Source: a candidate division WOR-3 bacterium
Lineage (GTDB): Bacteria; Hydrothermota; Hydrothermia; B15-G9; WFZT01
Assembly (NCBI GenBank): GCA_027053075.1
Contig: JALUEE010000047.1
Span: 64,001 to 128,000 of the forward strand
Length of the DNA stretch: 64,000 bases
Direction: 5' to 3'
Within the stretch, counting starts at the first letter, position 1. Each line of letters starts with the position of its first letter. Under the pieces are notes generated by a model. The model worked only from the letters and a program-made list of their open reading frames with translations, had not been told where the DNA came from and did not search any database. Positions 47,284 to 57,074 of the stretch are shown in pieces. Position numbers and translations under genes: made by a program.

Positions 47284-48846
47284 GTGAAAGTGGCGAGACT
47301 GTTCGAATATCAGGGAAAAGAGATTTTAAGACAGGTAGGAATCAAAACTCCGAGAGGCAAGGTTGTAAAAACACCGGAAGAAGCTCTTGATGCTTTCGAG
47401 GAAATCGGTGGTCCTGTGGTAATTAAGATTCAGGTATGGACCACAGGTAGAGCGGGAATCGGCGGAGTGAGATTTGCAGATACAGCAGAAGAAGTTAAAT
47501 CTATTGCCGGAGAGTTGCTGGGTCTCAAAGTTGGAGAGTTTGAAGTCAATGAGCTGCTTGTTGAGGAAAAACTGGATATCGAGAGGGAATTTTTCGCCGG
47601 GATTGTTATTAATGACGCAGATAAGTCACCGGTGGTGATCTTTAGCTCCGTTGGAGGCACCGGCATTGAAGAAATAGCCCGTGAACATCCAGATAAGGTA
47701 GCAAGCCACACAGTTGATGTGGTAAGAGGGTTTCATTCATATCATGGTAGAGAACTCGCCAAAAGGGCTGGGATCAATGGCAAACTAATCGTCAAAGTTG
47801 GAAATGTGCTGGCCAATCTTTATAGGGCCATGAAGCTTTATGATGCAAGGTCTGTGGAAATCAATCCTCTGGTATTGACAAAAGATGGAGAACTTTATGC
47901 AGCTGACTGTCATATAGTCGTGGACGATTACGCAGTTTATAGACACCCCGAATTAGGAATAGAGATTGCGAGAGAATTTTCACGCCCGGCAACTGAACTT
48001 GAGAAAATTGCGTATAAGGTAGAAAAGGATGACTACAGGGGCACTTTCTATTTCTTCCAGATGGTTAAGGACGTTCCACCTGATGGAAAGCACATAGGCT
48101 TTCACGGTGCCGGAGGTGGTGGCTCTATGATGTCCATGGATGCTGTCTTAAAGGCAGGTTTCAAACCTGCAAATTTCACCGATACCAGTGGAAATCCACC
48201 TGCATCAAAGGTTTACAGGGCAGCAATGATTATTCTCTCCCAGCCCAATATAGTCGGATATTTTGCCTCAGGTTCAGGAGTTGCTTCACAGGAGCAGGTC
48301 AACTCAGCTCGTGGTTTTGTAAAAGCATTCCTTGAAGATGATCTGGATATCCCGGCTGTCCTGAGACTCGGGGGAAACCTCGAAGAGAAGGCCATAGAGA
48401 TACTTGAAACGTATTTAGAAGACCTGCCTGTTAAAGTTGAAGGATATGGTAAAGACGATTCCGCAGATTTTTGTGCAGAACGGCTTAAGGCACTTGTCAA
48501 AGAAAATGGGAGGAAGTTACATCAAGTAAGGCCGTTAAAAGAATTTGTTCCACCTGAGAACTCATACAAGATAGAGACACTGACGGGAAGTATTTACATT
48601 GACCACGAAGCATGTAACAAATGTGAATCCAAGGCATGTATTCCTGCCTGTCCCAAAGATGTACTCAAACTGGAAAATGGTGTTCCCGTACTAAACCTCG
48701 ATCCTGAGGAGGTAAAGAAGGGTAAATGCACAGAATGTCTTGCCTGCGAAATAGCCTGTAAATTTGAAGGAAAAGGTGCTCTTTACATCCATTTACCAAT
48801 TCCGGGGTTAAAAGAATACAGGGAGAAAATCTCGAGGGAATCTTAA
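47284..48846 (+). CDS. Succinyl-CoA synthetase beta-like ATP-grasp subunit fused to a C-terminal ferredoxin domain
   Basis: LFEYQGK, GRAGIGG, EINPL, RLGGN; CNKCESKACIPACP..CTECLACEIAC. Confidence 0.85.
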   Translation: MKVARLFEYQGKEILRQVGIKTPRGKVVKTPEEALDAFEEIGGPVVIKIQVWTTGRAGIGGVRFADTAEEVKSIAGELLGLKVGEFEVNELLVEEKLDIEREFFAGIVINDADKSPVVIFSSVGGTGIEEIAREHPDKVASHTVDVVRGFHSYHGRELAKRAGINGKLIVKVGNVLANLYRAMKLYDARSVEINPLVLTKDGELYAADCHIVVDDYAVYRHPELGIEIAREFSRPATELEKIAYKVEKDDYRGTFYFFQMVKDVPPDGKHIGFHGAGGGGSMMSMDAVLKAGFKPANFTDTSGNPPASKVYRAAMIILSQPNIVGYFASGSGVASQEQVNSARGFVKAFLEDDLDIPAVLRLGGNLEEKAIEILETYLEDLPVKVEGYGKDDSADFCAERLKALVKENGRKLHQVRPLKEFVPPENSYKIETLTGSIYIDHEACNKCESKACIPACPKDVLKLENGVPVLNLDPEEVKKGKCTECLACEIACKFEGKGALYIHLPIPGLKEYREKISRES

Positions 48847-51263
48847 CCTTTTCTCTGGAATAATTTACGAAGGCTCCAGCGACTGTGCCCGTTGGTCCGG
48901 TGGTAATACGAATAGTAGTATCTTTTATACTCCCTGTAGCGGTAACCTGAGGCATTAATTGAGAAGAAGTTTAAAACTATTCCAAGGACCTTTGCATCAA
49001 CTCTTTCAAATAATTCGATAGACCTTTTAAGCATTTTTGTGCTTGTCCATCTGTGTCTTGCCACAAGGATCACGCCATCCACAAGGGTACTGAGCTCTAT
49101 TGAATCCGTAACGGGCATAAGTGGGGCACTGTCTATCACCACATACTCATACCTCCCCCTCATCTCCTCTATCACCCTCCTCATCCTCACACTTCCCAAT
49201 AACTCCGATGGATTCGGCGGTATATGCCCACTCACCAAAACATCCAACCCCTCCACCTCACTCCCCCTTATCACTACCCCCAGCTCCGCCTCTCCTACTA
49301 TCACCTCCGTTAACCCAGGCTCCCTCTCCATACCAAATATCTTATGCACCATCGGCCTCCTCAAATCCGCATCCACCAACAACACCCTCTTCCCCATCTG
49401 CGCCATCACTATCCCTAAATTCGACGCCACCGTAGTCTTACCCTCCCCCGCTCCACTACTCGTCACCAATATCACCCTCACCTCCTCCCCAGCTCCACTA
49501 AACCTTATGTTCGTCCTTATCCCCTTGAACGCCTCCGCCGTCGGCGACATCGCATCATACTGCGTCACCAACCTCTCCCTTACATCCTTACCTCCCATCT
49601 CCGGCACTGACCCTATCACCGGCACCCCCAGTACACTCTCCACCTCCTCCGGACCCCTCACACTCGTATCCATGTACTCCTCCACAAACGCCAAACCTAA
49701 CCCCAACATCAATCCCAGTATTATCCCCAATATTATGTTCAACCTCTTCCTCGGCTTCACAGGACTCACCGGCGGATACGCAGGGTCTATTATCTTCGCA
49801 TCCGACGTCTGCTTCGCCGCAGCTATCCTCGCCTCCTCCAACTTCGATAACAACATCGAATACACCGCCCTACCAGCATCCACCTTCCTCTGTAACTCCG
49901 CTAACCTCACCTCATGCCCCGGCAATCCCTTTAACTTCCTGTCCTCCTCCTCTATCAACCTGTTCAACGCCTTTAACTTCCCCTCCAACGCACTTATCTG
50001 CGTCTGCGACTCTATTATCCCCCCCACTATCTTCTGAAATATCGGGTCCGCTACACTCGGCCCCTCCTTCACTATCTTCCCTATCGCCTCCCTCAACTGC
50101 TCCCTCGTCGCCTCTATCTGCCTCTCCACCTGCACCACATCCGGATGTGACTCCGTATACTCCTCCAATAACTTCGCCCTCTCCAACTCCAACTCCGTTA
50201 ACTTACTCTTCAACTCCTGTATGTATGGATTCGAACTCAACTCCGGTAATGACGCTATCCTCTTGTACTTCCCATACTCCCCCCTGCTCGAACTCGCCTG
50301 CCTCCTCAAATTCTCCAGCTGTATCTTCAACGACGCTATCTGGGTCTCTACATCGCTCTTCTCCGCCTCAAGAGAGCTTATGTTAGATATCAAATTCTTC
50401 GCGGTCTCATCCAGGAGGAATATACCTGTTTTTTCCTTGAAATCCTTGAGTTCATTCTCGGATTTTCTTAGCTCGGCCTCGACCTTCTTCAGCTGTTCTT
50501 CGATAAACTCTTTGGTTTTCAGAGCGTCCTCTTTCCCCAGATACAACGTGTATCTCACGTACTCCTCCGCCACCGCATTGGCAATCCTGGCAGATGAATC
50601 AGGCGAGTGCGTTCTTACCTTAATTTCAGCAAGATTGGTATTACCATACTGTTTGACTTTGATCTTCGATGCAAAGGATTTTGCCATAGAGTAAGGATGT
50701 TTCACTTTGAATTTAAATCCATTCCCGAGACCAGCTCCAAGAAGCCTAAATGAGAAATCCTTTGTTTTAAAAACTTTCCCAACCTCACCCTCGCCAATGA
50801 GTTCCCCGGAAGCCTTAAAAACTTTAAATCTCTGGTTATCTTTGAATTCTACCCTATAAACACCTGTAGCGGGACTGAGAGACGAGGAAGTGGAATCAAC
50901 GGCCACTCCTCTGGGAAACTTTAAATTCATTCCCAGCCTCGCAAGCACACGACTATTTATGCTCCTCGATTTTATGATCTTTATCTGGGTAGCAATTGGG
51001 TCATAGATGTAAGCTGGTTCTGGAGAAACTTCGGGAACAACGGTTACAAAAGTTTTTGAGATCGAAAGAGAGACTATAGAGGTGGCCTCATAAGTGGGCT
51101 TAGAGAATTCGTTAAAAAGAATTACACCAGTAATTACCGCCAGAAGGGTGAGGAAAATTGTTTTCCATCTACGGACAAGAACATCTAAAATATCACTGAG
51201 GGTTATCTCATCATAAAGGTCTCCATCAAGGGAAATATTACTTTTTCCGTTTCCGGAATACAT
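48843..51263 (-). CDS. Wzc-type polysaccharide co-polymerase / tyrosine autokinase (copy 2)
   Basis: Two TMs, coiled coil, GEGKTT, VDADLRRP, IDSAP, Tyr-rich tail. Confidence 0.93.
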   Translation of the reverse strand: MYSGNGKSNISLDGDLYDEITLSDILDVLVRRWKTIFLTLLAVITGVILFNEFSKPTYEATSIVSLSISKTFVTVVPEVSPEPAYIYDPIATQIKIIKSRSINSRVLARLGMNLKFPRGVAVDSTSSSLSPATGVYRVEFKDNQRFKVFKASGELIGEGEVGKVFKTKDFSFRLLGAGLGNGFKFKVKHPYSMAKSFASKIKVKQYGNTNLAEIKVRTHSPDSSARIANAVAEEYVRYTLYLGKEDALKTKEFIEEQLKKVEAELRKSENELKDFKEKTGIFLLDETAKNLISNISSLEAEKSDVETQIASLKIQLENLRRQASSSRGEYGKYKRIASLPELSSNPYIQELKSKLTELELERAKLLEEYTESHPDVVQVERQIEATREQLREAIGKIVKEGPSVADPIFQKIVGGIIESQTQISALEGKLKALNRLIEEEDRKLKGLPGHEVRLAELQRKVDAGRAVYSMLLSKLEEARIAAAKQTSDAKIIDPAYPPVSPVKPRKRLNIILGIILGLMLGLGLAFVEEYMDTSVRGPEEVESVLGVPVIGSVPEMGGKDVRERLVTQYDAMSPTAEAFKGIRTNIRFSGAGEEVRVILVTSSGAGEGKTTVASNLGIVMAQMGKRVLLVDADLRRPMVHKIFGMEREPGLTEVIVGEAELGVVIRGSEVEGLDVLVSGHIPPNPSELLGSVRMRRVIEEMRGRYEYVVIDSAPLMPVTDSIELSTLVDGVILVARHRWTSTKMLKRSIELFERVDAKVLGIVLNFFSINASGYRYREYKRYYYSYYHRTNGHSRWSLRKLFQRKG
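49105..50584. repeat. 1480-bp direct repeat, copy A (partner 51533-53012)
   Basis: Ungapped match at offset 2428. Confidence 0.97.
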
Positions 51264-53697
51264 TCAAAAGTTTCTCCCAAAGTGAGGACTTTTTCTTGTG
51301 ACCATCACCGTAATAGTAGTGGTAATAGTGATAGTAACGGTATTTCCCGTACTTTCCATATTTGTAATAATAGTACCTCCTCCTGAGGTTTATACCGTTG
51401 TAAACCACGCCAATCAATTTTCCACCGAACCTCCTGAGTTGCTCAACAGCTCTTTTTAGGACTTCTCTATCAGTTATTCCATCTCTAACAACCATGATAA
51501 CACCATCCACAACCGGACTTAGTTCCATGGTGTCCGTAACGGGCATAAGGGGGGCACTGTCTATCACCACATACTCATACCTCCCCCTCATCTCCTCTAT
51601 CACCCTCCTCATCCTCACACTTCCCAATAACTCCGATGGATTCGGCGGTATATGCCCACTCACCAAAACATCCAACCCCTCCACCTCACTCCCCCTTATC
51701 ACTACCCCCAGCTCCGCCTCTCCTACTATCACCTCCGTTAACCCAGGCTCCCTCTCCATACCAAATATCTTATGCACCATCGGCCTCCTCAAATCCGCAT
51801 CCACCAACAACACCCTCTTCCCCATCTGCGCCATCACTATCCCTAAATTCGACGCCACCGTAGTCTTACCCTCCCCCGCTCCACTACTCGTCACCAATAT
51901 CACCCTCACCTCCTCCCCAGCTCCACTAAACCTTATGTTCGTCCTTATCCCCTTGAACGCCTCCGCAGTCGGTGACATCGCATCATACTGCGTCACCAAC
52001 CTCTCCCTCACATCCTTACCTCCCATCTCTGGCACCGACCCTATCACCGGCACACCAAGTACACTCTCTACCTCCTCCGGTCCCCTCACACTCGTATCCA
52101 TGTACTCCTCCACAAACGCCAAACCTAACCCCAACATCAATCCCAATATTATCCCCAATATTATGTTCAACCTCTTCCTCGGCTTCACCGGACTCACCGG
52201 CGGATACGCAGGGTCTATTATCTTCGCATCCGACGTCTGCTTCGCCGCCGCTATCCTCGCTTCCTCTAATTTTGATAACAACATCGAATACACCGCTCTT
52301 CCCGCATCCACCTTTCTCTGTAATTCCGCTAACCTCACCTCATGTCCCGGCAACCCCTTTAACTTCCTGTCCTCCTCCTCTATTAACCTGTTTAATGCCT
52401 TCAACTTCCCCTCCAACGCACTTATCTGCGTCTGCGACTCTATTATACCCCCCACTATCTTCTGAAATATCGGGTCCGATACACTCGGCCCCTCCTTCAC
52501 TATCTTCCCTATCGCCTCCCTCAACTGCTCCCTCGTCGCCTCTATCTGCCTCTCCACCTGCACCACATCCGGATGTGACTCCGTATACTCCTCCAATAAC
52601 TTCGCCCTCTCCAACTCCAACTCCGTTAACTTACTCTTCAACTCCTGTATGTATGGATTCGAACTCAACTCCGGTAATGACGCTATCCTCTTGTACTTCC
52701 CATACTCCCCCCTGCTCGAACTCGCCTGCCTCCTCAAATTCTCCAGCTGTATCTTCAACGACGCTATCTGGGTCTCTACATCGCTCTTCTCCGCCTCAAG
52801 AGAGCTTATGTTAGATATCAAATTCTTCGCGGTCTCATCCAGGAGGAATATACCTGTTTTTTCCTTGAAATCCTTGAGTTCATTCTCGGATTTTCTTAGC
52901 TCAGCCTCGACCTTTTTCAGCTGTTCTTCGATAAACTCTTTGGTCTTCAGTGCATCCTCTTTCCCCAGATACAACGTGTACCTCACGTACTCCTCCGCCA
53001 CAGCATTGGCAAGGTCAGCGGCCTTTTTAGGTGATGTTGAGCGCATCTTTATTATAGCGAGATCCGTCTTTCCCTTCTGCATCACCTTTATTCGACGGCT
53101 GAATCCCTGGGCGACTCTGTAGGGTAAAAGGACTGAAAAAGTAAATGAATCGGGATGCTTCTTCAAAAATTTCTTTGAAAAGCCAACGATTCTAAATCTA
53201 ATTCCATCAGTTGAAAAAACCTCACCTATCTTGCCGGTTCCTATTTTTTTATTGTCCGAGGAATAAACTACTAACTGGTCATTACCTATAAATTTTACCC
53301 TGTACTCCCCAGTCTCAGGCGCAATTGCCGACCATGTGGAATCTACCTTGACTCCTTCAGGAAATCTCAGGTTTATCCCATACTTGGCCACCACATTTCT
53401 TGCTATGGTCTTGGATTTTATGATTTCGATCTGACTTTGCACAGGGTCCACTGAGCGTGCGGTAGGTGATATTTCTGGAAGCACTGACACAGATGTCTCT
53501 TTAATTGCCAGCTTAACCATAGAAGAGGCTTCGTAAACCGGTGTGGAAAGGTAAGATATGACCACCGCGATAACGGTTACAAAAACTGTAACCACAACGA
53601 TTGTTTTTAGCCTTCTCAGGATAACATCTATGATATCCCCAAGACTTATTTCTTCTTCCTGAAATCCGTTATTCTGCACCTCATTATTTAATTCCAT
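51238..53697 (-). CDS. Wzc-type polysaccharide co-polymerase / tyrosine autokinase (copy 1)
   Basis: Same motifs as copy 2; tail YYYYKYGKYGKYRYYHYYHYYY. Confidence 0.93.
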   Translation of the reverse strand: MELNNEVQNNGFQEEEISLGDIIDVILRRLKTIVVVTVFVTVIAVVISYLSTPVYEASSMVKLAIKETSVSVLPEISPTARSVDPVQSQIEIIKSKTIARNVVAKYGINLRFPEGVKVDSTWSAIAPETGEYRVKFIGNDQLVVYSSDNKKIGTGKIGEVFSTDGIRFRIVGFSKKFLKKHPDSFTFSVLLPYRVAQGFSRRIKVMQKGKTDLAIIKMRSTSPKKAADLANAVAEEYVRYTLYLGKEDALKTKEFIEEQLKKVEAELRKSENELKDFKEKTGIFLLDETAKNLISNISSLEAEKSDVETQIASLKIQLENLRRQASSSRGEYGKYKRIASLPELSSNPYIQELKSKLTELELERAKLLEEYTESHPDVVQVERQIEATREQLREAIGKIVKEGPSVSDPIFQKIVGGIIESQTQISALEGKLKALNRLIEEEDRKLKGLPGHEVRLAELQRKVDAGRAVYSMLLSKLEEARIAAAKQTSDAKIIDPAYPPVSPVKPRKRLNIILGIILGLMLGLGLAFVEEYMDTSVRGPEEVESVLGVPVIGSVPEMGGKDVRERLVTQYDAMSPTAEAFKGIRTNIRFSGAGEEVRVILVTSSGAGEGKTTVASNLGIVMAQMGKRVLLVDADLRRPMVHKIFGMEREPGLTEVIVGEAELGVVIRGSEVEGLDVLVSGHIPPNPSELLGSVRMRRVIEEMRGRYEYVVIDSAPLMPVTDTMELSPVVDGVIMVVRDGITDREVLKRAVEQLRRFGGKLIGVVYNGINLRRRYYYYKYGKYGKYRYYHYYHYYYGDGHKKKSSLWEKLLNVFRKRKK
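51533..53012. repeat. 1480-bp direct repeat, copy B
   Basis: Ungapped match to 49105-50584. Confidence 0.97.
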
Positions 53698-53751
53698 CGG
53701 ACAATCCTCCTGACTTATATTGCTTTATTATTTCATAGACAAAACAAGTGG

Positions 53752-56700
53752 TCAATGTTTTCTTCTTCGTCTTCCCCGAGTCCTTTTCCGGGGCTTTTGC
53801 GCGACTGTTTCCACCTGCTGAACAGGTGTCACAGTCGTTGTTGTAGGTGCAGCAGGCTTTGCCACTGTAACGTTCCTCTCTCTGTATCTCTTGGGCATCT
53901 TTGGAACCTCAATACGGAATATCTTCATCACAGTCTCATTTCTTATGCGCATGAGCATATCTTCAAACATCCTGAAACTTTCTTGCTTATACTCCACCAC
54001 AGGGTCCTTCTGCCCGTAAGCTCTAAGGAAGATGCCCTCTTTCAACATATCAAGGGAATAAAGATGCTCTCTCCACGCCGTATCAAGGGTTGTAAGGAGC
54101 ACGATGCGCTCGATCTCGCGCATCCTCTCGTCCCCAAAGGCTTCCTCTCGCTCTTCGTATAGCTTTCTCACCTGCTCAAGCACAAAATCTCTAATTTCAT
54201 CCTTGTTCTCAAATCTGGATATTTCGCTAAAATCTGCCAGAAACAGAAATCTCAGGTCTTCCTTGAGTCCCTCTAAATCCCATTCATCTGGTGTGTCACC
54301 CTTCAAATATTCCTCGAGTTTCTCCTCTACTATATCCACCACAAATTCATCGAGTATTTTGTTCTTCAGGTTTTCCCCATCCAGGATACGATTTCTGAGC
54401 CCGTAAATCACTTCTCTCTGCTGATTCATCACGTCGTCAAACTCGAGGAGCCTTTTCCTGATCTCAAAATTTTGCATCTCCACACGTTTTTGTGCACTTT
54501 CGAGCGCCCTGGTTACGAGCTTCGACTCAATCGGGCCCTCATCTGATTTACCCCACCTCTCCATCAGATCCATCACTTTATCCGAGCCAAACAGTCTCAG
54601 CAAATCATCCTCGAGAGAGAGGAAAAATCGAGATGCTCCGGGATCACCCTGACGACCCGATCTTCCTCTAAGCTGATTATCAATCCTCCGCGATTCGTGT
54701 CTTTCAGTCCCGATTACATAAAGTCCACAAGGCACACCTTCCTCAATGCACTTTTTAGGGTCCATTGGGCATGTAATGCCAGGTCTTGGATTTTTCGTAT
54801 TAATAGCACATTCGGGCTGGGGAAATTCCATCACTACGTGGTCACGCTGCTTGAGCCTCTCATCATACTTGTATAGCCCTGAGATCAGAACTACAGAACC
54901 TGGTTTCTTAAGACTTGTGAGAATTTTCTCAACTATCTGGTCAACCGTATTATTCTCATCAGGTCTCATGCTGATGTAAGTGTACCTTATGTCATTCTTC
55001 TCAAAAAGATACTGGAGGTTTGGAATATCCCCATCAGTTTCGGGGATGACAAGAACCGATTTTCCCTGACTCACGTACTCTTTAATCTTTTTGAGTCTTT
55101 CCTCGTGCACAAGGTCATAGGCTTTTACCACGCCGGGGCCGAGCTTGATGTCTGTACCACGCCCTGCCATGTTGGTCGCAATGGTAACAGCCCCTCTCTG
55201 TCCAGCGCGAGCAACAATATGCGCCTCACGCTCGTGATGCTTTGCGTTCAATACCTGATGTGGTATCTTCCTCCTCTGCAGAAGTCTCGATAGGAGTTCG
55301 GAAACCTCCACAGAGGTTGTACCGACAAGTATAGGTCTCCCTTTCTCATGCCATTTTACAATTTCATTAATGACTGCATCGTACTTCTCTTTTTTGGTCT
55401 TGAAAATAAGGTCAGGAAAATCAACCCTTCTTACGGGTTTATTCGTGGGAATAGAAACCACATCTAATTTGTAAATCTCCCAGAACTCAGCCGCCTCAGT
55501 AGCAGCAGTTCCAGTCATTCCGGCAAGTTTCTCATACATCCTGAAGTAGTTCTGAATGGTAATCGTGGCAAGGGTCTGCGTCTCCGCCTGAATCTTCACG
55601 CCTTCCTTTGCTTCAACCGCTTCATGAAGCCCGTCAGACCATCTTCTTCCGTGCATCAGCCTGCCTGTGAACTCGTCCACAATAATGACCTTACCATCCA
55701 TCACCACATAATCCACATCCTTCTCAAAAAGAGTATAAGCCTTGAGAAGCTGATTTATGGCATGAATCTGATCAGTCTTTTGAGCATACTCCCTGTAAAT
55801 TCTCTCTTTCTCGTAAAATTTCTCTCTTGCGTTGAGATCAGTCCTCTTATCAATCTCTGCTATCTCGATGGAGAGGTCCGGGAGTGTAAAAAGGTCTTTC
55901 CTCTTTTTCTGAATCTCATTTCTTCCCTTTTCTGTAATATCCACACTGTTTGATTTCTCATCGACAACGTAGTAAAGCTCCTCCTCATACTCTTTAATTT
56001 TCTTATCTTTCATGAGCTCCAGCTCTATCTTGTCGACCAGTTTCATCAAACCCGGCTGCTGGAGAAGTTTAAAGAGTTTCTTGGACTTGGGAGCTCCGCG
56101 TTTTGCAAGTAAAATTTTCAGTGCTGCCTCCCTCTCTTTGCCTTCTTTCAAAAGTCTTTCTGCTTCTGAAAGGAGACGGGTGACGATTAAAGTTTGCTTC
56201 CTTACGATATCGGCCACGATGGGTTTAACGTCTTTGTATTGATCAACAGACGAATGTTCCACAGGGCCTGAAATGATAAGAGGAGTCCTTGCCTCGTCAA
56301 TAAGAATGGAGTCCACCTCATCGATGATCGCATAAAAATGTCCTCTCTGCACCCTGTGCTCTGGCTGATAGACCATATTGTCACGGAGATAATCAAACCC
56401 AAACTCGTTGTTTGTCCCGTAGGTAATATCTTTTTCATACTCTGGTTTTCTCTGCTCGGGTGTCATACCAGCCTGAATCACACCCACGGATAGGCCAAGA
56501 GACTCGTAAACTGGCCTCATCCATTCGCGGTCCCTTCGGGCAAGGTAGTCATTCACCGTAACAAGATGCACGCCCACGGGCTTTTCCTTGGTTCGCCCAA
56601 TAAGCGCATTAAGGTAAAGAGGCATGGTGGCAACGAGTGTTTTACCTTCACCTGTAGCCATCTCCGCGATCTTACCCTGATGCAGAACTATCGCACCAAT

Positions 56701-57003
56701 CAGCTGAACGTCGAAGGGAATCATATTCCACTCTATGACCTCTCCTGTAACCTCCCACCTTTTTCCGACGAGTCTGCGGCACGCCTCTTTAACAAGGGCA
56801 AAAGCCTCAGGAAGAACCTCGTCCGGATCCTCTCCCTCTCTCAACCTATGCTCAAAATCTTCGGTTTTCTTCAGCAGGTCTTCATCTTTGAGCCCTTTGT
56901 AGCCCTTGTAAATTTCATTTATCTCATCAACAATTGGCCATAGCTTTTTAATAACACGCTCATTTCGAGAACCAACAACTTTCTCGAGAAGGGTTTTGAA
57001 CAT
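53752..57003 (-). CDS. secA: Preprotein translocase ATPase SecA
   Basis: MATGEGKT, DEVDSILIDEARTPLIISG, TNMAGRGTDI, GTERHESRRIDNQLRGRSGRQGD. Confidence 0.98.
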   Translation of the reverse strand: MFKTLLEKVVGSRNERVIKKLWPIVDEINEIYKGYKGLKDEDLLKKTEDFEHRLREGEDPDEVLPEAFALVKEACRRLVGKRWEVTGEVIEWNMIPFDVQLIGAIVLHQGKIAEMATGEGKTLVATMPLYLNALIGRTKEKPVGVHLVTVNDYLARRDREWMRPVYESLGLSVGVIQAGMTPEQRKPEYEKDITYGTNNEFGFDYLRDNMVYQPEHRVQRGHFYAIIDEVDSILIDEARTPLIISGPVEHSSVDQYKDVKPIVADIVRKQTLIVTRLLSEAERLLKEGKEREAALKILLAKRGAPKSKKLFKLLQQPGLMKLVDKIELELMKDKKIKEYEEELYYVVDEKSNSVDITEKGRNEIQKKRKDLFTLPDLSIEIAEIDKRTDLNAREKFYEKERIYREYAQKTDQIHAINQLLKAYTLFEKDVDYVVMDGKVIIVDEFTGRLMHGRRWSDGLHEAVEAKEGVKIQAETQTLATITIQNYFRMYEKLAGMTGTAATEAAEFWEIYKLDVVSIPTNKPVRRVDFPDLIFKTKKEKYDAVINEIVKWHEKGRPILVGTTSVEVSELLSRLLQRRKIPHQVLNAKHHEREAHIVARAGQRGAVTIATNMAGRGTDIKLGPGVVKAYDLVHEERLKKIKEYVSQGKSVLVIPETDGDIPNLQYLFEKNDIRYTYISMRPDENNTVDQIVEKILTSLKKPGSVVLISGLYKYDERLKQRDHVVMEFPQPECAINTKNPRPGITCPMDPKKCIEEGVPCGLYVIGTERHESRRIDNQLRGRSGRQGDPGASRFFLSLEDDLLRLFGSDKVMDLMERWGKSDEGPIESKLVTRALESAQKRVEMQNFEIRKRLLEFDDVMNQQREVIYGLRNRILDGENLKNKILDEFVVDIVEEKLEEYLKGDTPDEWDLEGLKEDLRFLFLADFSEISRFENKDEIRDFVLEQVRKLYEEREEAFGDERMREIERIVLLTTLDTAWREHLYSLDMLKEGIFLRAYGQKDPVVEYKQESFRMFEDMLMRIRNETVMKIFRIEVPKMPKRYRERNVTVAKPAAPTTTTVTPVQQVETVAQKPRKRTRGRRRRKH

Positions 57004-57074
57004 CTTTAGAATCGCCTCCTTGTCACATTAATTTTGAAAGATAAGAATTTTAGTCCTTCAATGCAAGGTTTATT

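Noticed and set aside
49105..53012. wzc repeat as a DGR template/variable pair
   Set aside because: Too long, differences are synonymous and not adenine-specific, and there is no reverse transcriptase.
49039..53122. Long plus-strand ORFs (332, 323, 280 and 157 aa) opposite the wzc genes
   Set aside because: Low-complexity Pro/Ser/Thr products caused by the strand skew, antisense to well-supported genes.
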